Assembly: GCA_046726415.1 (NCBI GenBank)
Contig: JBKPAK010000127.1
Span: forward strand, 1-52,584
Direction: 5' to 3'
Length of the DNA: 52,584 bases
Origin: Candidatus Methylomirabilota bacterium
GTDB taxonomy: Bacteria > Methylomirabilota > Methylomirabilia > Rokubacteriales > CSP1-6
In this document: positions 1 through 7,737 of the stretch, one piece after another
Layout: each line of letters begins with the position of its first letter
Position numbering within the stretch: the first letter of the stretch is position 1
Position numbers and translations under genes: made by a program
Notes under the pieces: generated by a model
Databases searched by the model: none
Seen by the model: the letters and a program-made list of their open reading frames with translations, nothing else
What the model was told of the DNA's origin: nothing

Positions 1-296
1 ACGGCAATCTCGTGCTCGACGCGGAAGACTTTCTCGCCCACCCACGCCACGACGGTGTGGATGGTGACGATGTCGCCGTAGCGGACCGGCGCCATGAAGC
101 GCGAGCCCGACTCCACGATGGGCACCCCCACGATGCCGTACTTCGGAAAGGCCTCTGGCCAGGGAAGCCCGTGGGCGGCAAACAGTTCTTCCGTCCCGAG
201 GTCGTACCACTCGAAGAACCGCGGGTAGAAGGCGATGCCGGCCGGATCGGCGTCGCTCCAGCGGACCTGCACGGTGGTGGTGTGTTGGGCCGGCAT
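1..296 (-). CDS. Acyl-CoA thioesterase (4HBT/YbgC hotdog family), runs off the window start
   Basis: Hand translation from ATG at 296: MPAQHTTTVQVRWSDADPAGIAFYPRFFEWYDLG...PIVESGSRFMAPVRYGD. Contains the DxDxxG-x-V/A-x-Y/F hotdog motif. Not in the ORF track because no stop codon lies in the window. Confidence 0.85.
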   Translation of the reverse strand, partial: MPAQHTTTVQVRWSDADPAGIAFYPRFFEWYDLGTEELFAAHGLPWPEAFPKYGIVGVPIVESGSRFMAPVRYGDIVTIHTVVAWVGEKVFRVEHEIA

Positions 297-347
297 CTAT
301 CCGGCATCCGATACGGCCGGAGCCACCAAGACAATCAGTTCGTCGAT

Positions 348-428
348 CAGCCGCGGAGCCGAAGGCGCGCAGCTGAGGCGACCCGCCGGAGTGTCGCTGG
401 CGACATCCTCGCCACGCCGAGCCGCGGG
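348..428. repeat. Intergenic palindromic REP-like element
   Basis: AGCCGCGG at 349-356 and 420-427. GCCGAAGGCG (358-367) is shared with the element at 2.6-2.75 kb. Hairpin TGGCGA-catcc-TCGCCA at 398-414. Confidence 0.45.
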
Positions 429-471
429 ATCGTCGACACAAGCGGTGACGGCGTTGGTCATGACGCGCAGG

Positions 472-1683
472 TTAGGATACCTCGCGCTCGACCACGAAGG
501 GGAACGCCGCCACCACCCACACGAGGCCGATGACCTCGGAATCGCCAAAGTTGTACTCGAAGAGTCCGGCCACGAGGAAGCCTGTCACCGCGGCCAAACT
601 TCCGGCCACCAGCGCGCGGTCGTCGGTCCGTTCCCGCGGCAGGGCGGTATAGATTCGCCATGCCTTGGCCAGGTAGATCGCCCATATGGCGCACCACGCG
701 GCGAGGCCGAGAAGCCCGCGCTCGGCGGCAATTTGCACGAAATTGTTGTGGAGATGGCTCGTCCCGGGGCGCCGGGCCGCCGGGTCCCTGTACGCCGGAT
801 ACTTGCGCAGAACCGCGCCAGGACCGAGGCCAAGAAGTGGAGCGTCCGCGATCATGCGCCCGCCCGCCCGCCAGAAGTAGAGCCGCTCGGTGGCGCTGGG
901 ACTAGACAGATCGAACATCGAGAGCATCTTCGCCCTCAACGGCGATGGCACGACCAGGACCAGGACGACGAGGAGGACGGCCGCGCCGAGCGCGACCCAC
1001 CGGCGGCTCAGCACCACCAGCACGGCAATCACTGCCGTGAGCCCCAGCCAGGCGTTCCTGACGTACGTGAGGCCCAGGGCCACCAGGCCGAAGGCACTCT
1101 GAATGGCGGGCCGACCGCGCTCGGTGCCGAAAACAACCGACGCGAGCAGCAGGGCGAGGGCGACCATCAGACTCCCCCCGAGTGTCATGTAGATGCTGAA
1201 GAAGCCCTTGGCCCGGAACGGCTCCACGCTGGGCTGCCGACACACGGCGAGCTTCAGTTTCAGGGCCCACGCGACCCACGGCGGGACGGCGACGGTCGTC
1301 ACGCACACGAGCGTTTGAAGCGCCGCGTAGATAGACACCACGACCACGGTGGCCCCGAACCACCACAGGGCCCGCCGGATCTCCCCGCCGGAACGGAACT
1401 CGTTGGCCGCGACGAACAACATGAGCACCAGGTAGAGGTGGCGCAGGTACAGGAGCGAGGCGGTGCGGTGTTCAGAAGCGAGAGCGGAGAGCAGGGAGAC
1501 CAGGCAAAAGATCAGGATGGGGAGGCCGAGAGGAAACCGGTAGCCCGAGCGCGCGTCGGCATCGCTCAGCCGCGCGAGCGTGGCCAACACGAGGAGGGCC
1601 AGGAGGACTCCCATCGCGCTGATGGACGTGAGCAGGGCGATCATCAACAAGACGAGGAGGGCCGGCCGGCAGCGCTCGGCCAC
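472..1683 (-). CDS. O-antigen ligase (Wzy_C/WaaL-like) family membrane protein
   Basis: Many TM helices; motifs T-Y-V-R-N-A-W, ERLYFW, P-L-L-G-L-G-P-G and H-L-H-N-x-F-V-Q-x-x-x-E-x-G. The ORF-track extension to 2313 overlaps the NUDIX gene, so GTG 1683 was chosen as the start. Confidence 0.8.
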   Translation of the reverse strand: MAERCRPALLVLLMIALLTSISAMGVLLALLVLATLARLSDADARSGYRFPLGLPILIFCLVSLLSALASEHRTASLLYLRHLYLVLMLFVAANEFRSGGEIRRALWWFGATVVVVSIYAALQTLVCVTTVAVPPWVAWALKLKLAVCRQPSVEPFRAKGFFSIYMTLGGSLMVALALLLASVVFGTERGRPAIQSAFGLVALGLTYVRNAWLGLTAVIAVLVVLSRRWVALGAAVLLVVLVLVVPSPLRAKMLSMFDLSSPSATERLYFWRAGGRMIADAPLLGLGPGAVLRKYPAYRDPAARRPGTSHLHNNFVQIAAERGLLGLAAWCAIWAIYLAKAWRIYTALPRERTDDRALVAGSLAAVTGFLVAGLFEYNFGDSEVIGLVWVVAAFPFVVEREVS

Positions 1684-1697
1684 ACGGGCGAGCAGAT

Positions 1698-2513
1698 TCA
1701 GCGAGATGGCCAGCGATTGGCCTTCCAGTCGAACTTCTCCCAGAACGCGTCGATGTGATGGACGATCCCGTGGAATTTCTCGGTGCCGTCTGCGCTGGCC
1801 GCATACAGCTCCTCGAGTGAGGTGAACTGGGCCAGATAGCCGAGGCCATACTCGGCGGGCTCGGCCATCGCCATCTCTCCGGCCACGAAACGCTGGTACC
1901 CCTCGCCGGGATGGATCCAGAATCCCTCGGAGGTCTCGTCGGTGAAGAGCCGTGGCTCTTGTCCGGGTGGGAGCGTACCCAGGAAGAACCGGGCGGCGAA
2001 GCGGATGGGGCTCGCGCGGGGCGTGACGAAGTGTGACAGGTACAGTAGTGGTCGCGCGTCGGCGTACCATCCTTCGCGCGCGAGCAAGGTCGCGAAGGAT
2101 CCACCGGCCATCAGCTCCTTCCGGCAGTGCTCGATCCCCGCCCGCACGGCAGAGTCCGCGGCGTCCACCGGGCAGCCAGTGTCGTCGCAGGCCAGCAGCA
2201 CCCCACTCTCCTCCAGAAGCTCTCGGACCGCCGTCATCCAGAAGGCTAAAGGAACCGCGCCAGCCGTGGATGGGAACAGGGCCTCGGCGTCCTCGGGCGT
2301 CAGGCCCCAGCATCGCGCGAGGCTCTCGGAGGCGCCGTCAGCCGGATCGACCTTGCCTCCCGGAAACGCGTAGTAGCCTCCGAGGAACTTCATGCCCCGG
2401 TTCCGCCGGATCATGTAGACCTCCAGCGGTTCGGCCGCTCGCGGCGCTGCGGCCCGCACGAGAAGAACCGACGCTGCCGGTCCGGGATCCACCGGCGCTG
2501 CAGGCGCATTCAC
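1698..2513 (-). CDS. NUDIX hydrolase (Nudt19-like, probable acyl-CoA diphosphatase)
   Basis: Split NUDIX box AFPGGKVD...AVRELLEESGV. Start placed at GTG 2513, 7 nt below an extended -10. Confidence 0.8.
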   Translation of the reverse strand: MNAPAAPVDPGPAASVLLVRAAAPRAAEPLEVYMIRRNRGMKFLGGYYAFPGGKVDPADGASESLARCWGLTPEDAEALFPSTAGAVPLAFWMTAVRELLEESGVLLACDDTGCPVDAADSAVRAGIEHCRKELMAGGSFATLLAREGWYADARPLLYLSHFVTPRASPIRFAARFFLGTLPPGQEPRLFTDETSEGFWIHPGEGYQRFVAGEMAMAEPAEYGLGYLAQFTSLEELYAASADGTEKFHGIVHHIDAFWEKFDWKANRWPSR

Positions 2514-2520
2514 GGATGCC

Positions 2521-2529
2521 ACGGTATCA
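2521..2529 (-). promoter_or_regulatory. Extended -10 promoter (TG-a-TACCGT), leaderless geometry
   Basis: TGnTANNNT on the minus strand, 7 nt upstream of GTG 2513; no Shine-Dalgarno (SD). Confidence 0.5.
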
Positions 2530-2544
2530 CTGAAAGCAAGCGCC

Positions 2545-2808
2545 GTTCGAGCGCGCTCGCTCAGCGAACGAGGGCGGTCTCCGCGTGTCGCACGCGAGCG
2601 CCCCCTCGCGCCTCACCGGAGGCGTGAATGAGCCGCGTGTCTCCCGCGCCCCACGAATTAATCGGATGTATCGCGTGCCGAAGGCGTGAATCAATCGGAT
2701 GTATCGGGTGCCGGCGAGCCCAGAGGGCTCGCCGAAGGCGTGAAAAGGGGGGTTTGGGGGGATGCGTCTCGTGTCCCCCCAACTCTATAGCCCCCCCAAA
2801 CTCTATAG
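2545..2808. repeat. Composite intergenic repeat (tandem units plus hairpins)
   Basis: GAATYAATCGGATGTATCGSGTGCCG at 2655-2680 and 2688-2713. CCGRAGGCGTGAA at 2616, 2678 and 2732. Perfect stem 2712-2721/2725-2734. G6/C6 hairpin about 2754-2782. CCCCCCAA(A)CTCTATAG duplicated at 2775-2790 and 2792-2808. Confidence 0.8.
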
Positions 2809-3942
2809 ATTGATGAGCTGCGCGACGCGCTCCCGGTGATACGTGGCGTCGCCGAAAGTGAACTCCGACGACTTGGCCCGCTTGAAGTAGAGGTGCAGGT
2901 CGTGCTCCCAGGTGAACCCGATCCCGCCGTGGAGCTGGATGCCCGCTGCGGAGACCCGCCGATAGGCGTCCGAACAGTACGCTTTCGCCATGGACGCGGC
3001 CAGGGCCGCCTCGGGCGCGTCCTCGTCGACGGCCCATGCCGCGTAGTACGTCAGCGACTTCGCGTTTTCCACCTCGACGAGCATGTCGGCCGCCCGGTGC
3101 TTGACCCCCTGATACGAGCCGATGGGGCGGCCAAAGGCGACGCGGATCTTCGCGTACTCGACCGTCATGTCGAGCACGCGCTGGGCGCCGCCGCACATCT
3201 CGGCGCAGAGGGCCACGGTGGCGCGCTCGACCACGCGCGAGAGCGCGGGCCATCCCCCGCCCGGCGTCCCCAACACCCCCTCGGCGGGAACCCGGAGGTC
3301 GTTGAGCGTCACCTCGCAGAGCTTGCGGGTCTGGTCCATGGTCGGCAGGAGCTTGACGTCGAGTCCCACCGTCCCCTTCGGGACGAGGAAGAGGCCAACG
3401 CCCTCCTCGGGATTCCTATGCTCTGCCGTGCGCGCCACCACCACGACCACATCGGCGAGGTGCGCGTCCAGCACGAAGAGCTTCGTCCCCGTGATGGTCC
3501 ATCCGCCCGCCACCGGCTTGGCGGTGGTCGTGATCCCGCCGGCGTCCCAGCGCCCGCTCGGCTCCGTCCAGGCCAGCGCGCTCTTGGCCTGACCGGCGGC
3601 GATCCTGGGGAGCCACATCTTCCGCTGTGCGGCCGAGCCCGCCTCCCGAATCGCCAGGCCGCCGAGGAGCACCGTCGAAAGGTAGGGACCGGGGGTGACC
3701 GCGCGGCCCATTTCCTCCATCAGGACGGTCAGGTCCACGAAGCCGAGGCCGCTTCCCCCGTATTCTTCCGGATACACCAAGCCCAGCCACCCCTGCTCGG
3801 CCACCTTGCCCCAGAAGTCGTCGCTGACGCCCGCCCCTTCCGCCATCTGTCTGCGCACGAACTCCGAGGTGCACTCGTTTTCGAGAAACTTGCGCGCCGT
3901 GGAGCGCAGCAGCTCCTGCTCCTCGTTGAAGCCGAAATCCAT
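2803..3942 (-). CDS. Acyl-CoA dehydrogenase, partner subunit of a heteromeric pair (PimD/ChsE-like)
   Basis: MDFGFNEEQELLR start with GGAGG SD; ITGTKLFV; RVAFGRPIGSYQGVKH; QLHGGIGFTWEH. Confidence 0.9.
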   Translation of the reverse strand: MDFGFNEEQELLRSTARKFLENECTSEFVRRQMAEGAGVSDDFWGKVAEQGWLGLVYPEEYGGSGLGFVDLTVLMEEMGRAVTPGPYLSTVLLGGLAIREAGSAAQRKMWLPRIAAGQAKSALAWTEPSGRWDAGGITTTAKPVAGGWTITGTKLFVLDAHLADVVVVVARTAEHRNPEEGVGLFLVPKGTVGLDVKLLPTMDQTRKLCEVTLNDLRVPAEGVLGTPGGGWPALSRVVERATVALCAEMCGGAQRVLDMTVEYAKIRVAFGRPIGSYQGVKHRAADMLVEVENAKSLTYYAAWAVDEDAPEAALAASMAKAYCSDAYRRVSAAGIQLHGGIGFTWEHDLHLYFKRAKSSEFTFGDATYHRERVAQLINL

Positions 3943-3955
3943 GGTCCCTCCGTTT

Positions 3956-4036
3956 GGACGCGGGGCTCCGAAATGGCCCCCATCCCTCAACGCTCGGTGC
4001 GCCTCGGCATAGCCGTGACGCGCGTCGACACGCCTA
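3956..4036. repeat. REP-like element, degenerate copy of the 13.8 kb element
   Basis: GGGGCTCCGAAATGGCCCC...CGCTCGGTGCGCCTCGGCATAGCCGTGACGCGCGTCGA aligns along its length with 13820-13889. Confidence 0.75.
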
Positions 4037-5230
4037 GCCTTTCGGCAGGCCCAGCACGCGCTCGCCGATGATGTTCTTCTGAATCTCCGTGGTCCCGCCC
4101 TCGATGGAGTTGGCCCGCGATCGGAGGAACGAATACTGCCACACGCCGTTCTCGATCGCGCGGTCGGAGCCCGCGACGAGTTGAGCGTATGGTCCCTGAA
4201 TGTCCATGGCCAATTCCTGAAGCCGCTGGTGGACATCGACCCATACCACTTTGCCGGCCGACGCCTCCGGCCCCGGCAGCTCGCCCCGCAGGAGCTTGGT
4301 GACGGCGCGGGCCCCCGTATACTTCAGGCTCTCTGTCTCGATCCAGAGCTGGGCGATCTTCTGTCTCAGGATGGCGTCCTTGGTGGTGGGACGGCCGCCT
4401 TTCTCCACGTGCCGGGCCATGTCCACGAGGCCGTCGAGGGCGATGCGCAGCCGCACCTGGAGTCCAAAGCCGAGGGCGAGGCGCTCGTACATCAACGTGG
4501 TGAGGCCGACCGGCCAGCCGTTGTTGACGCCCCCCAGCACCTGCGACTCGTGGACGCGGACGTTGTCGAAGAACACTTCGTTGAACTCGGCGTCACCGGT
4601 GATCTGTCGCAGCGGCTTCACGGTGACCCCGGGAAGCTTCATGTCGAGCAGGAAGTAGGTGATGCCCTTGTGCTTCGGGGCGTCGGGATCGGTGCGAGCC
4701 AGCAGCATCATCCAGTCGGCGATGTGGGCCAGGGACGTCCACACCTTCTGACCGTTGATGATCCAGTGGTCACCGTCCCTGACGGCGCGCGTCTGCAGAG
4801 ACGCCAGGTCCGAACCGGCGTTGGGCTCCGAGTACCCCTGACACCAGATCTCCTCGGCCGAGAGGATGCGTGCGGGGTAGCGGCGCTTCTGCTCCTCTGT
4901 GCCGTAGGCGACGATGGTGGGGCCGGCCATGCCCACCCCCAGGACATTGAGAATGGGCGGCGCCTTCAGGATGGCCATCTCCTGATGGAGAATCATCTCC
5001 TCCACGAACGTCAGTCCCTGACCGCCGTATTCCTTCGGCCAGGTGAGGCCGATGAACCCGGCGTCATAGAGCCTGCGCTGCCACTCGCGGAGGAGCTGAT
5101 AGGCCTCCGGGCGAGGGACTTCTGAGCTGCCGGTGGCGCGTCGCACCCAATCTCGCGGGATGCTCTGCTCGAGCCAGGAACGGACGCGCTCCCGGAATGC
5201 CTCCTGCGCTGGAGTCAGTGAGAAGTCCAC
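4034..5230 (-). CDS. Acyl-CoA dehydrogenase (PimC/FadE17-like catalytic subunit)
   Basis: WCQGYSEPNAGSDLASL; NGQKVWTS; EFNEVFFD; SIEGGTTEIQKNII. GGAGG SD before the GTG. Confidence 0.92.
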   Translation of the reverse strand: MDFSLTPAQEAFRERVRSWLEQSIPRDWVRRATGSSEVPRPEAYQLLREWQRRLYDAGFIGLTWPKEYGGQGLTFVEEMILHQEMAILKAPPILNVLGVGMAGPTIVAYGTEEQKRRYPARILSAEEIWCQGYSEPNAGSDLASLQTRAVRDGDHWIINGQKVWTSLAHIADWMMLLARTDPDAPKHKGITYFLLDMKLPGVTVKPLRQITGDAEFNEVFFDNVRVHESQVLGGVNNGWPVGLTTLMYERLALGFGLQVRLRIALDGLVDMARHVEKGGRPTTKDAILRQKIAQLWIETESLKYTGARAVTKLLRGELPGPEASAGKVVWVDVHQRLQELAMDIQGPYAQLVAGSDRAIENGVWQYSFLRSRANSIEGGTTEIQKNIIGERVLGLPKG

Positions 5231-5264
5231 TCGTCGCCTCCTGGGATTCCTCGACGCACGGGAC

Positions 5265-5307
5265 TGAACCGCGGTTCATTCTAGGAACGCCCGGCGCGTG
5301 AAGTCAA
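5265..5307 (-). promoter_or_regulatory. sigma70 promoter (TTGACT-18-TAGAAT) with a perfect 14-bp palindromic operator
   Basis: -35 at 5302-5307 and -10 at 5278-5283 on the minus strand. Palindrome TGAACCGCGGTTCA at 5265-5278 covers the predicted start site. Confidence 0.7.
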
Positions 5308-5310
5308 GGC

Positions 5311-5316
5311 TATACT
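5311..5316 (+). promoter_or_regulatory. -10 box TATACT, leaderless geometry
   Basis: 7 nt upstream of ATG 5324; no SD. Confidence 0.55.
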
Positions 5317-5323
5317 CGCGTCG

Positions 5324-6562
5324 ATGGCTGCGATCTCGCTCTCCCGTCTCCGCTCTCGCATCGAGACGCTGGCGCGCTTCGGCGCGCTGCCCGGGGGCGG
5401 CGTCACTCGTCCGGCATGGAGCCCCCAGTACGAAGAGGCGCGCGCCTGGCTGCTCGCGGAGATCCGCGCGGCGGGACTCGTAGCGTGGGTCGATGCGGCC
5501 GGCAACACCTTCGGCGCTGTGGGCGCTGAGGGATTCCGCGCGGAGACGCCGGCCGTGCTCACGGGCTCGCACATCGATACGGTACCGGAGGGGGGAATTC
5601 TCGACGGGGCTCTCGGCGTCTTGGCTGGGCTCGAATGCCTTCATACCATCGCGGAGCACGGTCTGGCGCGGGGGCGACCCCTGGTCGTTGCGGCATGGAG
5701 CGACGAGGAGGGACGCTATGGCAGCCTCTTTGGCTCTCGCGCCTTCTGCGGGTTGCTGGAAGAGGTCAAGGTTGCCGAGATGGCCGCCGTCGATGGCGAG
5801 CCGCTGACCGACGCCATGGCGCGGGCCGGCTTCGATGCGCGGCAGTCGCCGAGCGCGCGCGCCCCGCGCGGGGCGGTGGCGGCCTACGTGGAGTTGCACA
5901 TCGAGCAGGGGCCGCGGCTCGAAGAGGCGGGCATCCCGATCGGCGTGGTGGAGTCGATCGTCGGCGTCCGCCGGACGCGGTTGATCTTCACCGGGCAAGC
6001 CGACCATGCCGGCACGACCCCGATGGAGCGCCGCCGCGACGGATTCCTGGCGGGCGCGGAGTACGCCACGAAGGCGCGAGACCTCGTGGTCAAGCGAGGC
6101 GGGGGACGCAGCGTCACCAACGTGGGGGTCGTTTACGTGCATCCGGGAGTGACCAACGTCGTCCCGGCGCGCTGCGAGCTGGTGCACGAGATGCGATCGC
6201 CCGACGCCGCCGTGCTCGAGGCCCTCTGGCGCGCCTGCAGCTCGCTGGGTCGGCGGGTGGCCAAGCGCAGGCACGTCGGTGTCGAGATCCGCCCGTTATC
6301 GACGACAGCTCCTGCCCTGTGCGCGCCTCGCGTGCAGGAGATGATCGAGATCACGTGCGGAGAGCTGGGGCTCGCCTCTCAGCGGATGTACTCAGCAGCC
6401 GGACACGATGCTCAGAACCTCGCGACGGTGACCGACGCGGGCATGATCTTCATCCCGTCCAAGGGGGGGCGGAGCCACCGGGTCGATGAGATGAGCGACT
6501 GGGACGCCATCGAGCGCGGTGCCAACGTTCTGCTCGGAAGTCTGCTGAAGCTCTCCCGGTAG
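5324..6562 (+). CDS. M20 Zn-dependent amidohydrolase (allantoate amidohydrolase / N-carbamoyl-amino acid hydrolase family)
   Basis: GSHIDTV; DGALG; DEEG; ELHIEQGP; HAGTTPM; AGHDAQ; SH near the C-terminus. Confidence 0.88.
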   Translation: MAAISLSRLRSRIETLARFGALPGGGVTRPAWSPQYEEARAWLLAEIRAAGLVAWVDAAGNTFGAVGAEGFRAETPAVLTGSHIDTVPEGGILDGALGVLAGLECLHTIAEHGLARGRPLVVAAWSDEEGRYGSLFGSRAFCGLLEEVKVAEMAAVDGEPLTDAMARAGFDARQSPSARAPRGAVAAYVELHIEQGPRLEEAGIPIGVVESIVGVRRTRLIFTGQADHAGTTPMERRRDGFLAGAEYATKARDLVVKRGGGRSVTNVGVVYVHPGVTNVVPARCELVHEMRSPDAAVLEALWRACSSLGRRVAKRRHVGVEIRPLSTTAPALCAPRVQEMIEITCGELGLASQRMYSAAGHDAQNLATVTDAGMIFIPSKGGRSHRVDEMSDWDAIERGANVLLGSLLKLSR

Positions 6563-6697
6563 CGAGCGCCGGCGCTCCCGGTCGTCCCGACCACGCTCTG
6601 TCACTGCCCATGCCCACGTTGCGCTGATGGGGTGAGCGCGCCGGGCAATTCGCTACAGGCCTTCCGGCGCGCCTGTCTTTTCGCGCTGCGCCATGAA

Positions 6698-6706
6698 TGC
6701 TATCGT
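6698..6706 (+). promoter_or_regulatory. Extended -10 (TG-c-TATCGT) for the cox operon
   Basis: 6 nt upstream of the in-frame GTG 6713. Confidence 0.55.
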
Positions 6707-6712
6707 TGCCTT

Positions 6713-7735
6713 GTGAATGCTTGCACAGGCCGTGAGCGCCGGCATCGGCGTACGGCATTGCAGGGTGCTGCCGGCCTCATCTCGTTCTTCTTCGGTGGCT
6801 GCGGCTGGAATACTCCCCAGACCTCGCTCGTTCCGCGTTCGGACCTGACGCGCGAGATCCAGGATCTCTACGGACTCATCACGTGGGCCGCCATCGTCAT
6901 CGGCGCCGTCGTCCTCATCCTGATCGCGTGGATCCTGCTCCGGTTTCGCGAGAGCCCGGGGGGGCCCGCGCCGCGACAGATCCGCGGTCATTCCATACTG
7001 GAAATCGCGTGGACCATCGCCCCCGCCCTGGTGCTGCTGGTCATCGCCGTACCCACCATCCAGGTGGTCTTTCGCACGCAGGCGCCGGCCAGCCCACAGG
7101 CGCTGCCGATCGACGTCATCGGCAGGCAATGGTGGTGGGAATATCGGTATCCGACTCTGGGCGTCATCACCGCCAACGAGCTGCATGTGCCCGCCGGAAA
7201 GCCCGTGGTGGTCAAACTGGTGGGATGGGACGTCATCCATAGCTTCTGGGTTCCCCAGATCGCCGCCAAGCGCGACGTCATCCCCGGCCGGCTACTCCAT
7301 ATCACTTTCACCGCGGACACACCGGGGACGTACTGGGGACAATGCGCAGAGTACTGCGGCACCTCGCACGCCAACATGAAGTTGCGCGTCATGGTCGATA
7401 CACCCGAGGACTTCGACCGCTGGGTCCAGGCGCAACTCGCGCCACCCGCCGAGCCGTCGGGTCTGGCCGCCGAGGGCCAAACCTTCTACACGACGCACGC
7501 CTGCGTCGGCTGCCACACGATCCGCGGCGTGTCCGCCGGGGTCGTGGGCCCGGACCTCACGCACTTCGGCAGCCGCACCACCTTCGGCGCCGGTCTGCTG
7601 CCGAACGGGCCGCAGACTCTGGCCGCGTGGCTCAAGGATCCCCAGGCGGTGAAACCAGGCGCGAAGATGCCGAATCTTGGACTCACTGACGACCAGACCC
7701 GGGCCGTCGCCGCGTACTTGCTGAGCCTCAAGTAA
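6713..7735 (+). CDS. ctaC: Cytochrome c oxidase subunit II with C-terminal cytochrome c (caa3 type)
   Basis: Lipoprotein-like FFFGGC; LEIAWT; QWWWEY; DVIHSFW; CuA ligands CAEYCGTSHANM; heme c motif CVGCH with distal Met in KMP. Confidence 0.93.
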   Translation: MNACTGRERRHRRTALQGAAGLISFFFGGCGWNTPQTSLVPRSDLTREIQDLYGLITWAAIVIGAVVLILIAWILLRFRESPGGPAPRQIRGHSILEIAWTIAPALVLLVIAVPTIQVVFRTQAPASPQALPIDVIGRQWWWEYRYPTLGVITANELHVPAGKPVVVKLVGWDVIHSFWVPQIAAKRDVIPGRLLHITFTADTPGTYWGQCAEYCGTSHANMKLRVMVDTPEDFDRWVQAQLAPPAEPSGLAAEGQTFYTTHACVGCHTIRGVSAGVVGPDLTHFGSRTTFGAGLLPNGPQTLAAWLKDPQAVKPGAKMPNLGLTDDQTRAVAAYLLSLK

Positions 7736-7737
7736 CC

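Noticed and set aside
235-1758. 507-aa plus-strand ORF
   Set aside because: Antisense shadow of the ligase gene with no motifs; typical of high-GC DNA.
2616-2744. Possible mini-CRISPR array
   Set aside because: Only 2-3 units, spacers too short and irregular, and no cas genes.
6564-6577. Palindrome GAGCGCCGGCGCTC after the amidohydrolase
   Set aside because: GC-rich with no U-tract or second copy; cannot assign a function.
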